DNA of 64,000 nucleotides from an uncultured bacterium (GTDB lineage Bacteria; Spirochaetota; UBA4802; JAGODF01): NCBI GenBank assembly GCA_937921485.1, contig CAKZSV010000012.1, positions 75,688 to 139,687 of the forward strand, read 5' to 3'. Shown piece by piece: positions 58,201 to 64,000 of this stretch (position 1 is its first letter; each line of letters starts with the position of its first letter). The notes under the pieces were generated by a model. It saw only the letters and a program-made list of their open reading frames with translations, ran no database searches and was not told where the DNA came from. The position numbers and the translations under genes were made by a program.

Positions 58201-61015
58201 CTACACAGCTAATCCCAATCTGTACAATGATATCCTTTCGCGGGTAGAAGCCGTACGGCTTTTTGTGGTGGCGCAAACAGCCGTTTCGGGTGCCATCTAT
58301 ATTGACCACATCAGCTTTGTCTCATCGCGATGGCAGAATGTGAAAATCAACGGCGTGCCGGTGGAGGATCCCGACAGGATGAGCGTCACCATTGTCGATA
58401 CCCATAACGATGCTGAATACCGGCAGGATGCGTTTATATATCAGGCACCGGAAACCTATAAATCACTTCACGGTGAAAGAAGCTCAAAAGAACTCGAACG
58501 GGAGAAGGAGTCGGCCATTTCGGTTCGGTACAATCTTTCCGGCGGAAGCGCTTCGGTAACCAGAAAATTTCAAACGCCGCTGGATATTAGGTTTTACAAA
58601 ACGTGCAATCTTTGGATTAATTTCCGTGAAATCACCGCTGGCGATACAGTGACTGTCTCGCTGGGATCTTCCGAATCGGATCGCATCGAATACGAGTTTC
58701 CTGCGGAATATCCTGGCCTCTGGAGAGAGATAACCCTTCGCCTGCAGTCAAGTTCGGGAGGAAGCGTTGCGCCCTCAAAGACTGTGGGACATCCCGATAT
58801 GAAGCGCATCCGCTATGTTGAAGTGTCAATACGCGGTGGGGCGGGAAGATTCTGGCTTAACGACATGTATGTGAGTGAACCGGAAACGCTCAGCGATAGT
58901 GCCTGGTGGCTGGAAGGCGAAATACGAGGGAAGCGCCCGCTGGCGCGTACCGCATCGGGAGTTCCCATCATTTCCGATCTCACGGTGAAGTACATCATGA
59001 AGGGGCACGGCGCGCAGTTCGGCAGCGTGGGAAAGACAGTGCAGGATATGAGCGAACAATTCTATCAGCTTTTTTCTTCCGCTACGCTTTTGCCGCGCTG
59101 GACGGCGAATTTTGATTACACGGCGGAAAAAAGTTACACCGATAGCTTCAACGAAGCTGTGAGCGATGGGAAGAGGGGAAAGGCAGGAAGAAAGAGCATG
59201 TTTGTTGAAACGGCATTTATGTCCGATTCACCGCTTGTGCCGAGCGTGAAGCTTTCCTACAAGCACGACCGCATGTATAATGAATACGATGAATTTGTTT
59301 CAGGCTTCGCGGTCAACCGGCAGACGGAATCGGTTCACCGCGCGCCGATGCTGTGGCTTGAAGAGAAAGCGAAGGATGTGCTCTGGGGAAATATCACTGC
59401 TACCATTCAAATTGCAACGTCGTTCCGCGAAGAGGAAATAATCAGAAAATCCGATGAGCTTTCACCGCAGGACCTTGCTGCGTATAAATCGCCCCGCGAA
59501 AAAGAACATCGCCAGAAGGGCGGTGTGAAGTGCGGTCTGGATTATCAATCGGGAACATTTTATTTTACCCCCGTTATGGAACTCGGGTCGCAGGAAGTGG
59601 TGAAACTTGAAGGAAAAAATGACCTCACTGACACAAAGATCCTCCAAAATATTGAAGGTGGTTTTCATATTCCTTTCATGTACGATGGCGATTTGCGTTA
59701 TGTCGATCGCACAAAAAATTTAGAAATTAAAACTGGTTTTCGAAATATCGGTCTTTTCGATCCTGCATTGAACATCAGCATGTATTATCTTGAAAACAGG
59801 TTTAGAGATTATACCGATGAGGAAAAAAATTTGACTCAATCTTTCACTAGGGCCCGGGATGCGCAGAGTTTCATCTCCACTCGCTTCGATCTCCCGCTTT
59901 CACTATCAGCAAGCGGTGTGTCAGGGATTCTCCGAAGCTTTGTGGTGGGCTTTGGAAGAACAGTCTATCTTCAGGAAACTGAGGTGCCGTACGAAGGCGA
60001 AGGTATTTCACCTTACGATGAACAGTACGGAATTTCCCGCGCCTATGGAGCAATTTCCGGTGCGGGCTTCAATCAAATCCGATACAATCCTTTTCGCTTT
60101 CTGCGTGGCCGCGGCAATTTCGCTGGTGGGAGGGATTATGTGTACGCAACAATGAATGAAGCGATTGTGTTTGATAACGGTTCTTCGGCAGCAAATTATG
60201 GAAACTCCCTTCGCCTGGTAGATACCATTTCAACCAGCGGAATCGCAAATTTCGGTCCCGCAGATCTAACGCTTTCTATGGGGCTCAACAATCTCTGCGA
60301 GCGCAAACAGATCCTCTCCCCTCCCCAGCAGGTGGTGTCGCTTTCGGCGAACGCAGGCCTCACAGTGGATGTGATGCAGATAGTATCATTCGGATTTTTC
60401 AGGCCGAACAGACCGGGACTTCCTCATCATGCCGCCAGCATCACCGGTGGGTATATGTTCACCAGAAACATGATTATCACCTCAAATATCCGGGAGGATG
60501 TTCATTCTCCGAGTTTGGGCATCACCTTTAAAAGGGACAGAGCTGGACTTGGGATTAAAGGGGGCATCGATTTCCGCTTCCGCAAAGACGTGGAGTATAT
60601 CCCGCTCGATGATAATGAGCGCAGCAGTAAAGATGATATCTATGCGGCAAATATGAGCAGTACCACCTCTTTCAAGGAAACTGACCGCTCCTATAAATTC
60701 AGCACTTTTTTTGAAACAGATGTGATCTGGCTGTATGATGTCTTTTCTTCATTCTATGAACTCAAAGCAAAACCGATTTTCAATATAGAGTATTCCCTCC
60801 TGCTCAACAAGTACGAGTACACTGTCACGGTTTCACCAGAGCCGTATGACCAGCACCTGGTTACCGGAAAGCTCACGCTCGATCTTCATCAGAACATTCA
60901 GGGGGGGCTTTTGGGACGATGGGCGCTGGAGAAGTTCCGCAACCGCGAAACTGATGGCGTGTACAGGGAGATCATTTCATATGAAGTGGGACTGAATTTC
61001 ACGCTGTTGTTTTAA
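55286..61015 (+). CDS. Very large (1909-aa) exported OM protein, SprA (type IX translocon)-like
   Basis: N-terminal anchor/signal; 'LHIEGSVG..L.L.VD.DS', 'IREINAGEV', 'G.DYTINY.TG.I.F', repeated 'ED.NG.G.LD' motifs, 'IDDMEG', CBM/CIA30-like inserts and a beta-strand-rich C-terminus ending in F. Confidence 0.6.
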   Translation: MVSKNIMSTSKQIIPGGAFLFISALITLIELSGQEEGFHRSLIDFIEIHAQKAETRVEGKESDVLQDEDSHAIRYQKGDWVKYVVSKQYVPRGEVEEKLVSIDAGDDSNIVSYGSLKMNLIYGKSHFTSGKYKRFDEDKPVSKIIQSGFYPERELQLHIEGSVGKRLKLYVDHDSNKADNRYVMKYTAEEDDEAIREINAGEVDIKMNNSRCVVFDDTSRKGLGIDMTLKKNRLRVKAFGTVSKGEAVVERFRGNSSGKTVELREYQYVRGKYYQIEPFKRYDNLSTKPAGASSYNLITFTSQPPDPKNYAPYAVHVDAASFELYMDDQNPHNNYNAMTLSVDGGRYVRLSRGTDYTINYATGLITFTNPVSENARIFAVYTLNGGSTLSSDPASRLDVFPGKIFVFIKYGSSIDEDTNKNFVLDAGEDRNGDGVLNVDVYEVRSVYSLGDRNIQDDNFRIDFLLEQSQLSRAEIEKAGRYALNPSGGIVAFHLREPFRPLLGSDASKVYRENQGSSAVQQSRYRLRMNYFREARSFQLSNTNIIPGSVRVRVNGREIPQSLYSVDHTSGFFEFINPANPLIGPETDIEIRYEYLPAGGDVQSFLAGVRADYDLGRNIDIGGTVIFSRGAGGGSIPKVGSEPEQLLVFEGDAKLYLSQKKLEDFINSLPGGNIKSVPFEVTAYAEYAKSYKNVNTFGKALIDDMEGGDEVIGISLSERDWILSSPPSALVSDSFPALTQANRGVLRYLYYRSPDSSETLRTPAFAPYTIDYSVKPGPYNVAAGHLASNVMEESHQKSLVLDFDFTGGKRHASVVTRRLSSQAVDFSSLQYLEIWYRSTGGSGTAHIYFDIGTISEDSDGDGVLDTEDVNNNGFLDSDPSADIFEDIGYIFNPAGGTATKVGSGPQLSHFTRGDGTLTSEDLNGNGTLETVERIIRLPGDITTPYSSAAPLSVDMADTTWRRARIYINRSSAAYTANPNLYNDILSRVEAVRLFVVAQTAVSGAIYIDHISFVSSRWQNVKINGVPVEDPDRMSVTIVDTHNDAEYRQDAFIYQAPETYKSLHGERSSKELEREKESAISVRYNLSGGSASVTRKFQTPLDIRFYKTCNLWINFREITAGDTVTVSLGSSESDRIEYEFPAEYPGLWREITLRLQSSSGGSVAPSKTVGHPDMKRIRYVEVSIRGGAGRFWLNDMYVSEPETLSDSAWWLEGEIRGKRPLARTASGVPIISDLTVKYIMKGHGAQFGSVGKTVQDMSEQFYQLFSSATLLPRWTANFDYTAEKSYTDSFNEAVSDGKRGKAGRKSMFVETAFMSDSPLVPSVKLSYKHDRMYNEYDEFVSGFAVNRQTESVHRAPMLWLEEKAKDVLWGNITATIQIATSFREEEIIRKSDELSPQDLAAYKSPREKEHRQKGGVKCGLDYQSGTFYFTPVMELGSQEVVKLEGKNDLTDTKILQNIEGGFHIPFMYDGDLRYVDRTKNLEIKTGFRNIGLFDPALNISMYYLENRFRDYTDEEKNLTQSFTRARDAQSFISTRFDLPLSLSASGVSGILRSFVVGFGRTVYLQETEVPYEGEGISPYDEQYGISRAYGAISGAGFNQIRYNPFRFLRGRGNFAGGRDYVYATMNEAIVFDNGSSAANYGNSLRLVDTISTSGIANFGPADLTLSMGLNNLCERKQILSPPQQVVSLSANAGLTVDVMQIVSFGFFRPNRPGLPHHAASITGGYMFTRNMIITSNIREDVHSPSLGITFKRDRAGLGIKGGIDFRFRKDVEYIPLDDNERSSKDDIYAANMSSTTSFKETDRSYKFSTFFETDVIWLYDVFSSFYELKAKPIFNIEYSLLLNKYEYTVTVSPEPYDQHLVTGKLTLDLHQNIQGGLLGRWALEKFRNRETDGVYREIISYEVGLNFTLLF

Positions 61016-61179
61016 AGACTCTTTCTTGGTTTATAAAAAAGTATTGAATGAAAAGTGGTTGTAATGATAGCTGGCAAAAAATTATCATGTGAATTTTGAT
61101 GACCTTTCTTGAGCTTTAGAAATCTTTAAAATATGATTTATTTTGCTATCATAATTATATTGGAACAGAGGTAACTTCC

Positions 61180-62673
61180 ATGCCAAAAGACGGTCTTACC
61201 GGAGAAGAACTTTTCGGATTGCCCCATGGGCTTGCGTACAATGATTTCATCATACTTCCCGGCTATATTGATTTTACGCCGGAGGAGGTCAGCCTTGAAT
61301 CCAGGCTTACGCGCAACATCAAAATAAAACGCCCGCTCATTTCAAGCCCCATGGATACGGTGACGGAATCTTCCATGGCCATCGCGCTTGCGCTTCTGGG
61401 CGGAATTGGGATTATCCACTACAACAACACCATCGAAGAGCAGGTGAAGGAAGTACGGAAGGTGAAGCGGTTCGAAAACGGTTTCATAGCTGAGCCGCTG
61501 GTGCTTTCGCCGGAGCACACAATCCGCGATATCGACTGCATCAAAGAAAAATACGGCTTTTCCGGAATTCCCATCACGGTAGATGGAAAACTCTATTCTA
61601 AACTAGTGGGCATCGTCACCAACCGGGATATCGATTTCGAAACCGATCGAGATAAAAAACTGAAAGATGTAATGACGCGAGATCTCGTCACCGCTCCGCA
61701 TGGAGTGACGCTTGCTGAAGCGAATGAAATTCTCAAAGAATCGAAGAAGGGGAAACTCCCGATTGTCGATGAAAAGGGCAATCTCGTCGCGCTGATGAGC
61801 AGAAACGACCTCCTTAAAAATCGCGAATATCCTTTCTCCTCAAAAGATGCGCAAAAGCAGCTCATGGTGGGAGCCTGCATCGGCACCAAAGCGGAAGACA
61901 GGGATCGGCTCGATGAATTGGTTAAAGCGTCGGTGGACGTGGTGGTGATCGATTCGGCACAGGGCAACTCAATCTTTCAGATTGAGATGATACGGTACAT
62001 AAAGAAAAAACATCCGTCGCTGGATGTAATCGGCGGGAATGTGGTCACGGAAGAACAGTGTAAAAACCTTATAGAGGCGGGTGTCGATGCGCTTCGAATC
62101 GGGATGGGTCCGGGCTCCATCTGCACCACGCAGACCACCATGGCCGTCGGCCGTCCGCAGGCTTCGGCGGTGTATCGGTGCGCGAAATTTGCGCGGCAGT
62201 ACGGAATCCCGGTTATTGCCGACGGCGGAATCGCCAATATCGGCCACATTGCCAAGGCGCTTTCAATCGGCGCATCAACCACAATGATGGGTTCGATGTT
62301 CGCGGGAACCAGTGAAGCTCCGGGAGAATATTTTTACGAAAACGGTGTGCGGCTAAAAAAATATCGCGGTATGGCATCCCTTGAGGCTATGGAAAAAGGG
62401 GGATCGAAGCGCTACTTTGCTGAAGAGTCGAAAATCAAAGTGGCGCAGGGTGTTTCCGGGGCGGTGCTCGATAAAGGGTCGATGTTCGATTACGTGCCGT
62501 ACCTGGTGCAGGGTTTAAAGCATTCCTTTCAGGATATGGGAATCAGAGATATTGCATTGCTTCATGAGAAGCTCTATAGCGGAGAACTGCGCTTTGAGCT
62601 TCGATCGCTTTCCGCGCAGATAGAGGGTGGCGTCCACGATATGTATTCATACAAGGAGCCGAAGTATATGTGA
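61180..62673 (+). CDS. guaB: Inosine-5'-monophosphate dehydrogenase (eukaryote/Leptospira-like type) with CBS pair
   Basis: 'SSPMDTVTE', '[10 protein letters not shown]', 'IADGG', 'YRGM.S' and 'KVAQGVSG'. Confidence 0.96.
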   Translation: MPKDGLTGEELFGLPHGLAYNDFIILPGYIDFTPEEVSLESRLTRNIKIKRPLISSPMDTVTESSMAIALALLGGIGIIHYNNTIEEQVKEVRKVKRFENGFIAEPLVLSPEHTIRDIDCIKEKYGFSGIPITVDGKLYSKLVGIVTNRDIDFETDRDKKLKDVMTRDLVTAPHGVTLAEANEILKESKKGKLPIVDEKGNLVALMSRNDLLKNREYPFSSKDAQKQLMVGACIGTKAEDRDRLDELVKASVDVVVIDSAQGNSIFQIEMIRYIKKKHPSLDVIGGNVVTEEQCKNLIEAGVDALRIGMGPGSICTTQTTMAVGRPQASAVYRCAKFARQYGIPVIADGGIANIGHIAKALSIGASTTMMGSMFAGTSEAPGEYFYENGVRLKKYRGMASLEAMEKGGSKRYFAEESKIKVAQGVSGAVLDKGSMFDYVPYLVQGLKHSFQDMGIRDIALLHEKLYSGELRFELRSLSAQIEGGVHDMYSYKEPKYM

Positions 62674-62679
62674 TTTATT

Positions 62680-63816
62680 TTAGCGTGTGCGCTCCACAAT
62701 AGCCTCGGTGATGATGGAATGCGCGGGGTTGATGAAGCTCACGTTGAAGGTAAATGCATCTCCGATCCACCGATCTAGCTGACGGTTGACAATGCGCATC
62801 GGGTCCAGGACAAAGCATACAAACCCGCGAAGAATTCCCGGCCGCATGCTCCGCTCGGCATACAGGCCAAGCTGGCGGAGCCCCTCGCCGAAAATCACTC
62901 CTCCCATGGGCGTGAAAATTTGGTCGTTGGTGGAAACCTGTTCACGGTATTCGCCGATGTATTCCCAGAAGGTGCTTCCCGCGAAAGACCAGATGAAAGA
63001 GGCAAGTGGACCGTAGTTATTGCTGCGTGCGGTCTGATAATAGATAATTCCTGCGTAGATATGATAGAGGCTGTTGGTGCGGAAATTGTTGGTGTCCAGA
63101 CACCAGCCATCGGTGATTTTTCTTTTAAAGCCTTCCCAGTTCGGTTGGTATTCCCAGTCCACCATGTTCGCGTCTTTATTGATGAAATAATTAATCAATC
63201 CGAAGCTGTTGAGCACTACCAGTTCAGCGGTCGTGCGCCAGAAGTAATGCCTTGGAGATGGGCCGATTTCAATGGTCGCGGTGTAGCCGGTTATTGTGCT
63301 TTCGCTTTCACCGGAAGCGTAGCTGACAGTGAATGCATGAACATCGCTTTGCGATGCGATGCCTTCGAGAAAAGCGTCCGTGATGGTATGGCTCCCGGAA
63401 TTGATGGCTAAGTTTAGCATCCGCAAGAGAGCGTCTTCGGTGATGCCACTGCCGCGTTCGAGTTGCCAGGAAATGCGATAGTGATGATTTCCGCCGTCGA
63501 TTCCTAAAAGAGCGAAATTTGCCGTTTCAGTGCCGCCGGAGCCGGTGAGTGAACTGGTGAGAGTGATGGTGCCTGAGGTGAGCGAAATTTCCTGGTTTGA
63601 AGCCAAATAGCGAAGCTGCGTTGAAAGAGAATTGAAAAAACCGTCATCGCGGAGATCTCTCAGAATAGAAAAGCCTGCGGTGGCGTCAAACAGCGCGATC
63701 GAATATCTGCTCGCTTCTTCGGCAAAAGAATTGGAAAAGTACAGCAAAATTGCAAGAATTGAGAGCGTAATTTTTCGAATCATACCTTTCATGGGATAAT
63801 ACCGTGCGTTGATCAT
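62680..63816 (-). CDS. DUF3943-like exported protein
   Basis: Signal peptide, 'WCLDTNNFRTNSLYHIYAG..YY..AR.N.Y', 'S.FWEY..E' and 'STND.I.TP.GG...GE'. Confidence 0.65.
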   Translation of the reverse strand: MINARYYPMKGMIRKITLSILAILLYFSNSFAEEASRYSIALFDATAGFSILRDLRDDGFFNSLSTQLRYLASNQEISLTSGTITLTSSLTGSGGTETANFALLGIDGGNHHYRISWQLERGSGITEDALLRMLNLAINSGSHTITDAFLEGIASQSDVHAFTVSYASGESESTITGYTATIEIGPSPRHYFWRTTAELVVLNSFGLINYFINKDANMVDWEYQPNWEGFKRKITDGWCLDTNNFRTNSLYHIYAGIIYYQTARSNNYGPLASFIWSFAGSTFWEYIGEYREQVSTNDQIFTPMGGVIFGEGLRQLGLYAERSMRPGILRGFVCFVLDPMRIVNRQLDRWIGDAFTFNVSFINPAHSIITEAIVERTR

Positions 63817-63998
63817 CGAATAATATATTTAAGCTCCATGCAAAGCCTGTTCCAGGAATGGGAAAGATGATCGCCGTTGAGCATGCTGTGGACATGCCAG
63901 CGCTCATAGTTCAGTTGGACAAGCACATTTTCCGCTGCGTAAAACCCGGCAGATGGCTTAATAACGTGAAGAATATCATACGCTTCTTCACCTTTTAT
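63813..63998 (-). CDS. C-terminus of an OM beta-barrel protein (5'-truncated by the window edge)
   Basis: Open frame 'IKGEEAYDILHVIKPSAGFYAAENVLVQLNYERW...MELKYIIR*' with an ATGA overlap into the next gene. Confidence 0.55.
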   Translation of the reverse strand: MKGEEAYDILHVIKPSAGFYAAENVLVQLNYERWHVHSMLNGDHLSHSWNRLCMELKYIIR

Positions 63999-64000
63999 TG

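Noticed and set aside
1103-63907. Numerous 60-210-aa antisense or alternate-frame ORFs in the track (e.g. 1103..1741, 13957..14505, 33372..33965, 62920..63411)
   Set aside because: They shadow well-supported genes, lack RBS or family motifs, and are expected at this GC content.
1-64000. tRNA, rRNA, prophage or integrase genes
   Set aside because: No cloverleaf/T-loop signatures, rRNA motifs, phage structural genes or tyrosine/serine integrases were recognised by eye.

Overview
A 64-kb bacterial chromosomal window. It is probably from an anaerobic, flagellated, diderm spirochaete of the Leptospirae-related type; this is inferred from spirochaete-style lipoboxes, flagellar genes, a Leptospira/eukaryote-type IMPDH and many outer-membrane barrels. 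Most of it is housekeeping or envelope genes: hisD, radC, nifU-nifS, murA-flgF, xth, leuCD, an aconitase, guaB, two lipid kinases, two divergent metal ABC systems, a porin with a tetraheme cytochrome, and a TPR protein. I saw no rRNA, tRNA or CRISPR array. The main second-look signals are: (1) An HUH/Y1 (RAYT-type) transposase at 27570-28166 is bracketed by a GGCT(C/T)TGACCC(C) repeat. About 11 copies fall within 27.2-42.0 kb, including in-frame copies inside genes, and none were seen elsewhere by eye. (2) A lipoprotein with a secreted-phospholipase-A2-like domain has its signal peptide frameshifted by a (CT)8 tract, a likely phase-variation switch in the OFF state. (3) A 1909-aa SprA-like protein, a PorV-like barrel-HhH gene and a lamin-tail/FlgD-Ig cargo-like gene suggest a type-IX-secretion-like system outside Bacteroidota. 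(4) There are many deletion scars not shown in the ORF track: a VapB-VapC in-frame fusion, a TetR chimera, a split MCP, GGDEF and PIN relics, and a mini-IS5 with intact TIRs. (5) There is an MNT-HEPN fusion with an internal RBS, a malic-enzyme pseudoenzyme and a candidate structured ncRNA. All family calls come from motif recognition by eye, with no database searches.
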